In this document: one piece after another, positions 38,419-52,267 of the stretch
Layout: every line of letters begins with the position of its first letter
Numbering within the stretch: the stretch's first letter is position 1
NCBI GenBank assembly: GCA_964247055.1
Contig: OZ176055.1
Coordinates: forward strand, 7,502,001 to 7,566,000
Direction of reading: 5' to 3'
DNA: 64,000 nt
Source: Paragordius varius
Lineage: Eukaryota; Animalia; Nematomorpha
Position numbers and translations under genes: made by a program
Notes under the pieces: model-generated
Database searches by the model: none
Seen by the model: the letters and a program-made list of their open reading frames with translations, nothing else
Told to the model about the DNA's origin: nothing

Positions 38419-41400
38419 ATCGTGGCAAGTTCACTTTAATTCGTTGATTAATACAGGCCAACGTTGAAATATGATAGCATATTATATTTGACGTCGATGT
38501 AAGTTCTATTAAATGTTATATAGTGTGTCAAATAAAGTTTAAAATTAGGATTCAGCTTTCGGTAATGACCATTAAAAAAGTTAAAATATCATAAAAATAT
38601 AAACCACTCTAAAGTTAAAAAAATTTGTTTTTATTTATTTCAAATAAAATTAAATTTTTTATAAAATAATGTGTTTTGTCATATAGTTTTGAAAAGGAAA
38701 ATTTAAATTTTTTGGGTAGTGGCCTAGTCTCTGACCTTAAGTTGAGATGAACAAAAAATTTATTAATAAAACAGTGCTAAATGGGCGTCTGACAATATAT
38801 CCTAATAATATAGTATATATAGATGTATCATTTTTAGTTTTGGGCCTGAGTTATATTTCAGAAAAAATCCATATTGAAAAATCGCAATATTAGCGCACAT
38901 ATAAACATTATGGTGGAAGCATTCCAAAAATTTTTGTTAAAATATATTCTAAACTATTCCTAAAAAAACTATATTACTTAACTATTATTAAGATTTGTAA
39001 ACTACGAAAATCTCAAATTTTTGGACTCTTCAAAATCCATAGTTATTTATTTTATAATAAAATCAGAGTCGATATGCGATAAGAATTTCTAACCTAGAAT
39101 ATGACATCAAAATTTTTTTTAAAAAATACATTATTAAATTTAAATTTTGGCACAACATTGTTGAATATTTTATGGTATTGCAAAGTATAACTTTTAATTT
39201 TAGAAACTTTCTTTATTATATAACCATTTCTATCACGTCAGATTTTTGATTAAATATTTTGGCTAAATTAATGAAGTGTTGTTTTTCACAAAAAAATAAT
39301 TAAAAATAATAAAGCATTTAAATATAGTATCGCGATAAAATTTTTAATTAAATTATGTAAAAAAAATTATATTATACCATTTGCGAGTGTCCTTAAACAT
39401 TTCAGGTTGGTCTTAAACACTCCAAGTTGGCCGTTCAACACCTCAAGGTGGTGCTTAAAATCTTTAACCATAATTTTTGCTTTTTTATTTATTCTTTTTT
39501 AACCAATTTTATTTATTTATATATTTATTCTTTTAAAAATAAAAAAAAATTATTCAACCACTTTTATTGTTTTAAACTAATTTTCCAATTTAGCATAATT
39601 ATTACCTTATAAATGTTTTTAATGAATAATTGTATTTGAAACCCTAGTAAACTTATATATTTATATATTTGTTTAAATCTTAAAAATACATAATATAAAT
39701 ATTACAAAATTATTAAAAATATACGGTTTTGGAATAATTTTAAAATTGATATTAATTTAAAGATTAAGAAAATAAATGATAAAATATATGAATGATACAC
39801 GATTCGATTGATAAAAATAAAAAACAAAACAAAAAAATCAACTTGAAGTGTTCATGGATCAACTTGAAGTGTTCAAGGACACTCTTGAAGTGCAAATGGT
39901 TTATTATCTTGTTTACAGTTCTTTTCCATCATGCTACAAATTTTCAAAATATGCTTAGATATAATTTTGTCTGCCAAATTTTTATTTCGAAGATAATTTA
40001 TTTTGATGTCATTTTGTTATATTAAAAATATTCTCTCAACATATATAACTTATAAGGCCTAAAAACAAAAGCATCAAGAAATTCCGGTACATTTTTCTCA
40101 TATATATATATATATATTTATTTCACCGGGATATTTTACTGTGTAGTAAAATTAGTTAACCTGACCTTATGAAAGTAAAAAAATATTACACCGCTATTTT
40201 GAGATAGATGGAGGAGTTTTTTCACTTGGATCGATTTTATATAAATCGATGCGCCACGACAGTGTTTAATTGTGTATTCGCCTTTTAGCTATGCGACTTG
40301 AATTAATTGATGGGTCTCAATAAAACATGATAAGCGTTTTAATAAAGATTATATAGGCACTTTCTATCATGACACCGTATATATGGTAGGTAAAGAAATT
40401 AAAACAATATTTTACCCTTTCGTTATCACTTTATGAAACTTTTTTGATTTAGTTATTTCTACTTGTATTTTATCATATTGTTACATTATATGCAAATTTT
40501 AAATATATATTTGGTATGTATGATATAGTTTTTAGTGAGATATGCATTGTCTTATTTTAATATTTTTGTATTATGTAAATAACATATCCATTTAGTTACT
40601 CGAAATTTTATTTGTTTTATTTGATATCGTGCAAATTATGTTCACTTAAAAATAGTATATTAAGAGTATAAAAAACCGAATAAATATCTTTCAAGTTTTA
40701 CGATTTATACTTTTGTTACTTTTTTACACATATCCAGTATTATGTCGACGTAGATCCCAGAGAGTTTCTCTGGTTGGGACTTCGAAACACATCTTCTGAT
40801 AAAGTATATGGAGCCCGGGATATACCAAACAATAAAATAGATGAGATAGTACAATTGATAATGCCAAAGTATAGTTTGATAAAAAACGAGAGGCCATATC
40901 TGGTAAGTATCATTTATTTTCCATCCGTTAATTTGTAATAAAAACTTGTATATTTCTTTATATAAACAAAGACCAAAATAGTTCAAAGTCTTAATGGGAA
41001 GCTTGCCATTTATGATTTTTATCAAGATTTTGTTGTTCTCAGGAAACAGAGCTTTTATACCCTATATGGAGAACTGTTAACTCGTCTTTATATGAAACGG
41101 ATTATCGAGAACATTATAGCAGGAAATCCTTCATATTTCAATATGATAATTGATTTTTGTGGAAAGGATGGTATTTATTAACATCCGTTTATATTTAAAT
41201 ATACCTCGTACTCTTAAATGCACCCTTGAACAATTCGAAATCACCTGAAAACAATTCAAATTCACTCTAAAATAAATTATTAGATTTTTGAAAAAAAAAA
41301 TACCTATATTTTTTAATATTTTTAAAAAATGTAATTGTTAAAGATATATTTTATATTAATAATTTATTATATTAGCCCGAAAACATATAATTTATTTTTA

Positions 41401-41801
41401 GGGTGATTTTGAATTGTTCAAGAGTGAATTGGAATTGCAAATGGTATATCAAAACATGTAAACGTTCTAAAAAATAACAATTTTGAGATGGATGATTAAA
41501 AACTATATGTTTTTAGTGTAAAGCTTTACTAGGTTTATTTCAAAATTGAATTTTTATATTAGGAAAGACGCGGTATATTCTGGTTATAAACCCTTGACTT
41601 CAGTAAATTAAATAATTTATATCCTCCTCCAAAAATTTAAATTATTATATTAAAAAAACAAGATGTTAAAGGTTTAAAGATCTTTTGCATTTGGCGAAAG
41701 CCGTATATAAAATTAATATTGCCACATCGAAAATCCTAACGAAAAGCAAAAAATATTTATACCCATATCGCCAAAATTTGCTTAAAAATATTGTTTATTG
41801 A
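37839..41801 (+). CDS. Uncharacterised, probably secreted protein (no recognisable domain)
   Basis: Open exons with good splice sites at 37839-37987 (signal-like MLFMRGKLHNILILCLYGILGHQCYLIEA), 38165-38330, 40738-40902 and 40972-41170; phases are consistent in series. Possible extra exons at 40208-40261 and 40335-40385. The 3' end is either 41680-41801 or continues to small exons near 44667-44826. Confidence 0.65.
41199..41449. mobile_element. MITE family A copy 2 (left end degenerate)
   Basis: AACAATTCAAATTCAC repeats and right TIR AAATGGTATAT, as in the 9472 and 63253 copies. Confidence 0.75.
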
Positions 41802-41926
41802 TTTTTCGAATATTTCTCAATCTGTCAGTCAATGATTAAGACTACACTCAATGATGACAATGGTTGGTTGTGCTGCTTTATACGAATCTATTAGCCAAAC
41901 ACCTTAAAATGCATACGGTTAATATT

Positions 41927-43127
41927 CACTGTGTGCGAAAAGGGTGTTAATTTTTTTAACTAAAAATTTTTATTATGAGCAGCGATTCATTTGCCCCAAA
42001 AATTTTAATTTTTTAACGACCTAGTTTCTGAAATATTAAGAGAAAGTCAAAATTAGGCAAAAAGTGTTGATTAAGAAAATTAAGGATAATTCAAAAAATA
42101 ATAAAACTTGAGATACTATGATTTACCATCATTTTAGGTGATATTTTTAATATATAAATAGCCTAAAATTATATAGTTAGGGTTTTTAAATAATCTGTTA
42201 TCAAAAGATGGCGTTTTTTCTTTTACATCAAAAGATAATAAAATTTTTTATGAAACTATATTAAAATATTTTTTTATTAGCTAAACTCACTATTAAAATC
42301 TTAACATTCATATTTTATTCAGTAAAAAAACTAATCTATGAAAATAACACTAAAAAATATTGTTTTTTATTTAACATTTTGTCATCTGGTTTATGAATGT
42401 ATAAAAAATTTATACTGTTTTATTTTGGAATTTTTACATGAGTGGAAATTAAGTATATAATTTATGCAAAACGATCCAAAAGTATTGAAATATGAACCAA
42501 CAATCCTTATAAATTTCTGTAAGAAGTTTGTTTTACCACAAATTAATATTTTACTGGGATATGTACGGTGGTTGATTTTCCACTATTTGTAAATCCTATT
42601 TTGTATTTATTTATATACTTTATAATTCCCGCTCATGCAAGATTCCAAAAAAAAAACAGAATAAGTTTTTAATAAATTCATAAATCAATTGACAAAAAAA
42701 TGAAAAAATAAAAAACAAAATTTTTTAGTTTCTTTTGATATATTAGTTTTTTTACTGAAGTAATAATGTTAAAATTTTGATAGTGAAAAATAAAAAAAAT
42801 AATTTTAATATAATGTATAAAAAAATTTTTTAAATAAAGAAAAACGCCATCTTTTGAACTGAGATTTTTTACAAATAACTATATTTAGGCTATTTACATA
42901 TTGAAAATATATCCTAAAATGATAATAAACCCTTCAACTTTTATCATTATTTTTTACTTATCCTTAACTATCCTTAATTTTGACATTTTGCCGATTCGAT
43001 TTTCTCTCAATATTTCAAAAACTAAGTCGTAAACAAATAAAATAATTTACAGCAAATGAATTCGCTGGTTATAAGCTATCTCCTGAAAAGAAAAATTATT
43101 TTGTTAAAATTTTTTTTGCACACAGTG
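41927..43127. mobile_element. Long foldback element family C copy 1 (1.2 kb)
   Basis: Termini CACTGTGTGC/GCACACAGTG. Inverted symmetry over nearly the whole length; homologous end to end with 58956-60118. Confidence 0.85.
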
Positions 43128-43149
43128 TTATAAATTTTCCACTTACAAC

Positions 43150-44520
43150 CTTTGGGGATCCATGAATGAACACGCTTTTAACAATCACAGACGATCAACA
43201 TTACTATTAATATAATAAAATACACATTAGAGCATTTTTTATGGAATGTATTATCCCTGTTTTTTGCCGGAGAAGTGGAACAGGGATTAAATAGCTATCG
43301 TCAATAAATCCACTTAATGTTAATCCTCTGGACATTATTAATAAACTGACTCCATTCCTTAACCATATTTGAATCTCGTTTGGCTTTCTACAATGACCCA
43401 ATCAAATCTTTAACCATACCAAAAAGGATTCTTTCAATATACTAACAAATTATAGGCTGATCCCTTAAACAATCAATTTTCTAAAATTCTTATTTCAATA
43501 CTGTCTTTCATATATACTTAACCAATTGATAAATCATAAGCTGCTTTTGTTATGGCACTACGCAATCTTTTAATTAGGCGTATTATTAGAAACATAATTT
43601 TATTAACCTATATTTATTTTATATTAACTATCTCAAGTTTCTGATAACATGACAAACAAATTATGGATTCTTAAAATTATAAGTTTAAAATCACTTAATG
43701 CATATTCACAATTTATACTTTCTCCACGAAACTTCTATTGAAACTCCTTTTAAGGATATGGAATCGTTCGATATTTTTAGGTAAACCATCAACAATATAA
43801 GGGCGCCCATTTGAGGGAGCCATGCTTTTTTTTCTTGATAATGAAGTTCTCATGGGAACAAACAAAACAAGCCTACCCATATAATATCTCTTTCCATCGA
43901 GGTTGCCAAATATGGATAAAAAATAATATCAGAAAACGAGGATTATGATTTTTAATAAATTGACCACAAAAGCATTTATCTGATTTCAAAGTCATCCAAA
44001 AATACAAATAATTTTGGATCAATATAAAATGAATGATGGAGATTTACTTAAAAAACGCTTGCCTAAAAATCCTTTTTCGCAGCACTCAAAATTAGTTAAA
44101 ACTATTCCTTAACTATCGCAAAAATTGTTTATTCAAACAAGTGTGGTTTTCCTATTACTATATAATGTTTTTAAAGATTAGCCATCAAACATCACATGGA
44201 CCGACATGATCCCAAACACCGAACTTAGGAAAAGGATAATAAACACATGTGACTAGCTAATATATATTAAACAGATAGATTCCTAACATGTAAAGAAATG
44301 AGTTATTTTTGAATAACCCGTACTTTTGGAATATCGGATGGGATAAGATCACCACTTAAACGCAACAAGATAAAGATACAAGAAGGATCATTGTAAGGAA
44401 CAGCAACGCTTGGAAACCTCTCATAACCTTCAAGGGTTGAAAACGATTCTGAATTAATAAATAAATAGTAAAAAGATAAGCCCTAAGCTTCAGCATGTAT
44501 GTGCTTGCAAACCAAATAAT
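43150..44520 (-). mobile_element. Possible heavily decayed non-LTR retrotransposon remnant
   Basis: Slightly higher GC, with stop-riddled minus-strand fragments (KITHFF, INWL..RKLI, QIWLRNG) in an order reminiscent of R4/NeSL-type RT C-termini. No intact motif. Confidence 0.25.
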
Positions 44521-44810
44521 TATATTTTATTGTTAAATATATGAAAAATATTTTTTATACAATAAAAATCATGCTTTCTGGAACGGTTAAAACTACGGTT
44601 CCGTTCCAATATAATGATTGTGGATCCATTCTATATTTCCAAATTTATTTATTTTGCATCCCATAGATTACACCTCCTTTGGCCCAACTAAATTTAACAA
44701 AGGTATGCTTTTAATTAAATCTTAAATATAAATAAATATCCATAAAAAGATATTAAATTTAATAAAGATTTTGATTCAAAATTTGCAATTTCTCTGTTAT
44801 TAATCATGAG

Positions 44811-47800
44811 TCTATCACAATGGTAATCAAACCGCCGCTGGCCTACGAATACGACCCTAAAGTGCTTTCTTATGGCCCTAAATTTTTTATAATTTTGGAC
44901 TTATTTCGATTACAAATATCTGCAAATGTGTCAAACAGCTATGCAAAAGTTATCGGTATTATGTGGTGCACGGCCCTTGACACAATAAAAATATATTTTT
45001 GACCCTTCAAAATTATAAATACCATTGGTCTAACTCATTTGAGCGACGTAAATTTTGGTTATATAAAGACAAATTGTTTGATAAGAAAAGTTTTGTACAA
45101 TTAACATTTATAGGCTTTATTTTTTGTTGCAAATGATAAAATGCATAATGATATTCCCAGGACCTAGGTTAAAATCACCTTTTTAAAGTTCTGGCCAAGT
45201 CACAACCCCATTCATAATAAATTAAAATATAATTGGGATAAACTGAAATTCGTGTTGTAAAAAGATTTTTTGGATAATGATTATATCCTTTATTGGTCAA
45301 ACTCATCATTTTCTTAATCAAGATTAATTTATTTTTTAATTAACTAATATATATAAATTATTGCCCACTTATAATCTCTATAATTTAATTTTTTCTAAAC
45401 AATTTTTTTATTTGACAAATGTGGATTACAAGGATATTAAACCAATATAATTCATTTTTACTTTAACATTTGAAAAATTTATGTTTTTTCTTTGGATCAA
45501 AAAGCTTTTTTCAGTATTGTGATTTCATTGCAATTAATTTTTTATTAATATTTTTTTAAATGCATAAAACCAATTTATTAAAGTTTGGGCGAATCGAAAA
45601 AGAATTTAACACTACAATTTATAATGGGGTATTTAGAGACCCGACCAATTGATATTTTAAATAAAAACTACGGAATAAACGTTTCTAATTTAAATTTATG
45701 CATCTATCCTATTAATAGATATAAATATAAGTCAAATATCATAAACTTTAATTTGGAAAAGTTCCACATCAAACTACTTCGACGCCATTTTTATTTTACA
45801 ACATTTGCAAAATATCGGTTAATTTGATTCTATCGCTAAAATCTAAGCTTATTTTTCATTTAAACACATCTAACATAGTAATAAACAGAAAAATCGTTTA
45901 TTTGTCATTTGTTAACTAATCTTTTATGTTGAGATTTATCAATCTTTTTTATATTTCGGGGCATCAAGTAATATATAAGTGCCAAAATACTGCAATGGTT
46001 TTAATTTGTTCCATATTTTTATGGAATATTTAATTGTAAAGAAGCCTGGGGTCCCCAAAGACCCCAATTAATATCGGAGGACTGTAATGAATGTGTTGTA
46101 TCCAATTTTTAATTAAAAATCTATACGACGAAGATTATTGAAATTCTGACCAAAATATTTAGGGAAAATAAAATTTAATTCAAATCGGAATCGTACATGT
46201 CAATTTAACGTTAAAGATGCTTACTAATTATTAAAAAAAATATTTATTTAAAAATTTAAATTTGATTGAAAAAGAGTTGAGTTGGAAAAACTTTGAGTAT
46301 AGGAAAAATTTTGAGGTTGTTTAGAAATATATGCAGTTTGATTGTAAAAGTGTTGAGTATTGAAAAAGGTATAATATTTTACTAAAATTTACCAAGTATT
46401 TTGGTTTTTAAAATCTCCTTAAGTCATATCGCCTAACAAAGTTTCTAATAACAATAAAAACATTCTAATTTAAACCAGGGATGCCCAATAAAAACTTCAA
46501 GGGCTGTATTTTACTTAAAAAAACGGACATATACCCCATTATAAAAATATATAGGCATTAAATTAATTAGATTTAAGCATAATAAAAAAATTTACGAACA
46601 CAATAAAACTACTATTTTTTATTAAATACTTTTTACAACCCATAATTTATTTAAGAAATATCATTCTAACTCAGATTTTGTAAATTATCATTTTTATAAT
46701 CATAAAATTTTGTATGTCGTATTTTTTATTTCTCGTGGGCTGCTGATTGGAGGGCCGAGGGTTAAACACCCCCTATTTAAACCATAATGACAGACTATTT
46801 GATTTGCAAATATTATTATTTTTACCTATGTTTAGATTTTTTTATACATGAAGAAAGTATTTGTGCAATCGTCAATTATTCTGTTATGTATTACAATATT
46901 ATTTTGGCAAAATCTTCAGGGCCACATTTATTACGGTATAATACTTATAATTATATAATTTTACTAAGAGTAAGATGCATTCCTTATTTTTCATTAAATA
47001 TCGCTAGATAGCACATGCAACAAATAATTATTATTTGCTAATAACACAGTGTGCAAAATTGGAGACAAACAATATCCTGATGAAATATATTGATTCTGGG
47101 AGATACATGCATCAGGATTATCGTCGGGCTTTTAGTTGTGGTCGTTACGTGTGATTTATGAAAGTTATTTACACTTTTGTGGTAAGTGTTCCATATCAAA
47201 AAATGGCAAAATTGCGTCTATTTTTTTGGTGAAAGTAAATACTTTATTCCAAAAAATATCACTAAAATCATAAACTTATTTTCTTCCGGTTGTGGAAGTT
47301 GCCCTGTGAATGCCAGCTCTGTATTGTTCGTTGTCGCTCAGGATTTAAGGATAATGAGGCTAGATCTTGTTGAACAAGATTTAGCCAAGTTAGGCGTAGG
47401 CGTCCCCGTCGATTTGGGTCGTCAAAGCATTGCTTCAATATATCTTTGGTGCAAGTTCCGTCATTCACTCGCGTAGTATTGGAGACGCATTTTTTACAAT
47501 AGGATGTGATTGTATCATTGTAATCTGGGAACTTATTATTATTATTTATGTAGTACACCATGCGGTATTCGGTGTTTTGTAGTCGGGTTTGTGCCGTTTT
47601 TTGTCGGCGGTAGCGTTTCACAGGCATAGGCTAAAGTTGGACGAATCCGAACCTTATAAAGTTTGAGTTTATTTTGGAGCGATATGGATTTTTGTGTGAG
47701 TATTAACTTTAATTGATTGAATTTCATCAATCCATTTCTTATGCGATGTGATGGTATAGCATTTAAAATACCGCTATGCCCTATAATAACTTCGCTATTG

Positions 47801-48420
47801 TAGATCTTTTTGTCCATGATAACTTCTTAATTTATGTTTTAATTAATATTTTTGTGAATGGATGTGTACAGCAAGTCCAAAGTATGATCTTATATCAAAG
47901 AAGGAATGAAAAACATGTATAGTAATCGTCTTAATAACTATCATAATATTCCGAAGGCCATTACGAAATCCCTTTGCAAAGATTTATTGGACAGCACATG
48001 GTCAAATTAGTCGAAACTCAGTTTTTTGACGATATTTTAAATCAGCTTATGTTAGCTTTGGATAAAATGATGCATTCATAAAAGTAGGATGAATGACAAT
48101 AAACTTTTATTTTTGTTAAGGTGAGGGATGGAGATAAATATAATAAAAACGATATACGTGATCCTTGGGATGAAAAAATATTTTGGCAAAAAATAAGTGT
48201 TTTTACTTTTGATGTTTTATTTTTATTTAATTTTATTCTATTCAGTGGTGTGCCACTTATTCAAAATGGAAATTTTTCATTCGTCAGCATTTGGTTTACA
48301 TCCAACATAACCAAAAAAGAAGGCCTGAACGATATAGAGATTAGATTATTTACATACGTGTATGATATGTTCCAAATTATTAATGTGCATCAGGATTTTA
48401 GAATAACTACAGATACGGAG
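44811..48420 (+). CDS. CUB-domain-like exons of an incompletely resolved gene
   Basis: Joining 44811-44948, 48121-48185 and 48246-48420 gives MVIKPP...FFIILDLFRLQISANVSNSYAK|VRDGDK...EKIFC|GVPLIQNGNFSFVSIWFTSNITKKEG, resembling the CUB pattern (YxxVxDG, FCG, GN, IxFxSD). The 5' and 3' ends are not found and one junction requires a GC donor. Confidence 0.4.
47360..47830 (-). mobile_element. RTE-clade LINE 3' fragment (frameshifted)
   Basis: KSISLQNKLKLYKVRIRPTLAYACETL and NRRGRLRLTWLNLVQQDL are typical post-RT motifs of RTE/BovB-like elements, split over two frames (ORFs 47542..47817 and 47268..47627). Confidence 0.8.
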
Positions 48421-48471
48421 GTAGTGTATGTATAATAATTTAACCAATAAAATATATGAAAAATAGTATAC

Positions 48472-48663
48472 CAGGGCTTCGGAGCGGAAGAAGAACCCGA
48501 TTTTAGAATTTTAGCAGGAACCAGTTCTGGATTGGAACTATACTTCTCCAAGAGCTACCCTGGTTGATGTGTCCAAATTTTTAGGAGTCAACCCGGGTTC
48601 CTTTTTAAATTTTTAGGAATCAGGGCGGTTCCGGTTACATTTTTGACCGAGTTTGAAGCCCTG
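48472..48663. mobile_element. Small hAT-like MITE
   Basis: TIR CAGGGCTTC/GAAGCCCTG with internal GGAACC-type repeats; TSD not clear. Confidence 0.6.
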
Positions 48664-51036
48664 ATAATTACTATCAGTAGAATTTTACTATAACTATTAC
48701 TTAAAATATATAATAATGGCGCAAATATTATATGATTTAAGGCTCAATAAAATAAATTTCTACCATATATATTCGATTTATCATTATTTCTATACTATAT
48801 TTAGTTTGTGGTACGAATTTTAAAGCCATTAAGTTCTTGTTCCATATTCTATATAAATATAATGAATGGGTATAGAAGTATTGAATCTTATCCCGAAATT
48901 GTTGGGGTTAGTATATTATTAATAAACTAATTTTACTTATATTATATATTGGTTATAAAACTATTTTGATCTTATATATATATCTATAATTTTTTAGCTC
49001 GAAATAAATCAAATCCATAACATATTAAAATTAAAACTTCTGAAATTAAAAAATGATACAATCTTTAATGAAACGCTCATGCACGAAGATATGCTAATTG
49101 AACGGATCTTTTGTTTAAAGACGACTTATTGGCAAACTTGGCATCAATCCAATTTATCACGTTCGATTCCAACTCAAACCTTATTTAACTTAAACGAAAG
49201 CCAAACTTATATATCATCAACTATGGTTGTTGTTCACAAACTTGCTTATCGGTGCTTTTAAATTCAAAGATGCTACAAATTTTTAATAATTTTTCATATA
49301 CCCCATAATTATGTAATGATATACTTATTTATAAATTAACACTTCATGAGCTTTTTCAATATTTAATTATCAAAAATATATTTTTAACATTGGCCAAAGC
49401 TTTCTTTAGCCTTTTAAACGCATGGTCAAATTTTTTTTAAAAAAATTTTACCGCCATTTTTTTTCTATTTAATCGCTAAAGAGGCAAATAAATGTATATC
49501 GTTGAAAAATATAATTAATTAACTTTGGCTTTAAAATTACAATTCACCCGAAAATATTTTAATATCAGCTGTTAATTTCAATCGTGCTTTGGAGCTATCC
49601 GAATTCGAGTCTCTAGAAAGTTAACACTGTAAAAATTCCTAGTTTTTTATTATATACAAGATAGGTAAGATAATAAAATTTCAACCAAAACGATTTCTTG
49701 ACAGTAATTTGATTACTTCTTTAAACTGGAGAAATCTATTCCAAAATGTCATCGTGTACAAATAAATGAACATGTAATGAAGTCTTAATATTTTATTATT
49801 AATCTTCTATATATATTTTTAACATTTGATATCCATTAAAAGCAAAAAAGTACAGCTTTATGATCACACTTACGTCTAAAACTGTGTCTAACCTAATTTA
49901 AAAAATAAACAGATATGCGCGATCATTGCATGTGATTTAAAATTTTTGAGTTAAAAATGGTTCTTTTTATATATTCTGTTCTAATTTTAATTTGAAAATT
50001 TTATTTTACAGAGGGAAAAGAATTGATCGTTAGAAGTTTATAGAGAAAAAAGTTTTTTTATTGGTATTAATTTTAATTAGTGCAAATATGCGTGCTTTCA
50101 TGGCAATTTTTACATTTCAAATCAATCAGTGGTGACTCTTTTGGTCTCATAAATTCGATACACACAAATATTAATGTTAAAATATTTTTGTAAAAAATTA
50201 ATAGCTTCATGTCAAAAACATTTGGAGGAAAAAAATTAATATATGTAGGGAAGCTTGGTTGGAAATTTGTTAAGGTTGGCTAAAAAGAGTTGTTCAAAAA
50301 CTTACCTGCTCAACAATAAAATATCTGAATGTAATGAATTGGCATTCATTAAATATGCCCCGATTAAGTTAATATAATAAGACTGTTGATATAGAAATAC
50401 ATATGTATAATTATAGATTGTGTCAAATTTAGGGTCAAAAATGCAGTTTCTTTAGGATGGAAAAACTCAGTTCAAAAACCCAAAATATAAGGGATTATTT
50501 GTAATAAAAATAATCTCAAAAATTAATTTAAGCATTCAACTTTTTAAAATAATTAGAATCAAAAGAGCTAAACCTTAGCAAACAGATTATAGCACATGAA
50601 TTATAAAGCTTGTGTTTTAATAAGCTTCGACATCTATAAGGAAAAGCGCTTGAAATTCATTTTTAAAATAAATTCAAAATTTAAAGTAATAATTTGTATG
50701 TGGGCATCTTAACTATGAAAAATTCCATTTAACCATGATTTATGTCTAAATACGCTGTAGCTATTTAACTTTTTGAATGAAAAAAGATGTATGTAACTGG
50801 TCGGGTAGAGAATGAAACTTAACAATTATTTTTTTATTAAATTAGATTACAAAACATAGTTTTTATAAGTTATAAAGCTTGCATACCTATTTTTACATTT
50901 AAGGTAAAATTCAGAATTTTGTAGGAATTCTATGTATATGGCTCATAGTTTATTTTTCCAATTTATAAACGAGTTATTCACATGTTTTATGTCCAAGTTA
51001 GACTATGCAGAAACTTAGCCTTTGTAAAGCAAAATG

Positions 51037-51792
51037 CAGTGGCGTACCGATGGGGGGCAAGGGGGTGCATCATGCCCCGGGCGCCGTTATTTAGGGGCGC
51101 CTAAATGATCATTTTATTAAATTTAAATTATTCAAAAATAATAACAACTTTCAAGTAAGATTTTTCATGAATTTACGTAATAATCCCTAAATGAATATAA
51201 CAATTATATAAATGAGATCAAGAGCAAACATTATGCAAATAGCAACTTTCAAGTAGGTATTCCCTTCAACATGTGCAAACTTATTTTTGCACTTAACACT
51301 TGGATGCAATTCATTTTTAGACCTTCGATTCAAATTGGGGTAGTTGGCCCTGGCCTGTTTATATTAATTCCTCAAAAAACTATCAATGGAAATGAAACCA
51401 TAGAAAGTTTGCACTATTATAACCAATGAACCAAAATATTGATATAACAAATTTTAAAGTAAAACCCAAAGATAAAGAATGCATTTACTACTTGGAGAGA
51501 GGAAATAAGATTGATAAATCCAGGAATTGATTCTGCTCTAGAAGCTTATATATCGGAAAAGGATCGCCGGCGAATTTTACATCGAATATTGGCCTGCATG
51601 AAATTTCTAATCACCCAAAATTCCCTTTTCGAGGACATGTTGAAATTATAATGTATATCTATGGTGTTTAAGTTGCAACGTTTGTCTTTTTTTTCTAAAT
51701 TTTATTGGCTTTCAGAAAGAGGAGGGGGGGGGGGGGGGGGGCGTTATAAGAGTTTTATGCCCCGGGCGCCGCAAATGCTCGGTACGTCACTG
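51037..51792 (+). mobile_element. Non-autonomous hAT (Tip100-like) deletion derivative, 756 bp
   Basis: TIR CAGTGGCGTACCGA/TCGGTACGTCACTG and 8-bp TSD GCAAAATG/ACAAAATG. Subterminal GCCCCGGGCGCCG at both ends. Internal frameshifted KFLITQN/PFRGH transposase remnant near 51600-51640. Confidence 0.85.
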
Positions 51793-52267
51793 ACAAAATG
51801 ATATTTTAGTTAAATTTCCTTAATTTTTATTATTAATAAAATATGAGTTTGCATTCTACACGCTTTACTTTCCAAATGTCGTAGCTATAAAATAAGAGCT
51901 TACAAATTTACCTATTTTCTCATACCTATGATTTCAAAAGTTTTAACAAATATTAAAATAATTTTCAGGATCAAATGTCGGCCAAAAATTAGTATTTTTG
52001 ATTTATTTTTCTTATATGGAACTTGTTTCCAAAAATAATTTTAGGATTCTGAAATGTCTGGATATTCTATCCTAAATTTGACACTCATATATATATATAT
52101 ATATATATAACCGTAACGAAATAAAAATTGAGGAAAACGTAACAAAACAAAAATATATGGAATTTGTCTACGTGTTTTTTCTTAGAAGTAAATTTTACTG
52201 TATATAACCGAAAATGACAAATTATGATTGCTTTGTGAAAAACACCATCATTGAACATGATTATTTT

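Noticed and set aside
1409-47011. Short F/I/K/L/Y-rich ORFs (e.g. 1409, 2031, 4712, 11317, 11723, 14365, 31289, 36224, 39427, 39792, 45585, 46787)
   Set aside because: Their composition is that expected from random AT-rich or MITE DNA, and many begin at non-ATG codons.
49050-49270. ORF 49079..49261 and nearby sequence as a gene exon
   Set aside because: No phase-compatible splice sites link it to neighbouring exons and no motif is recognisable; it may be TE debris.
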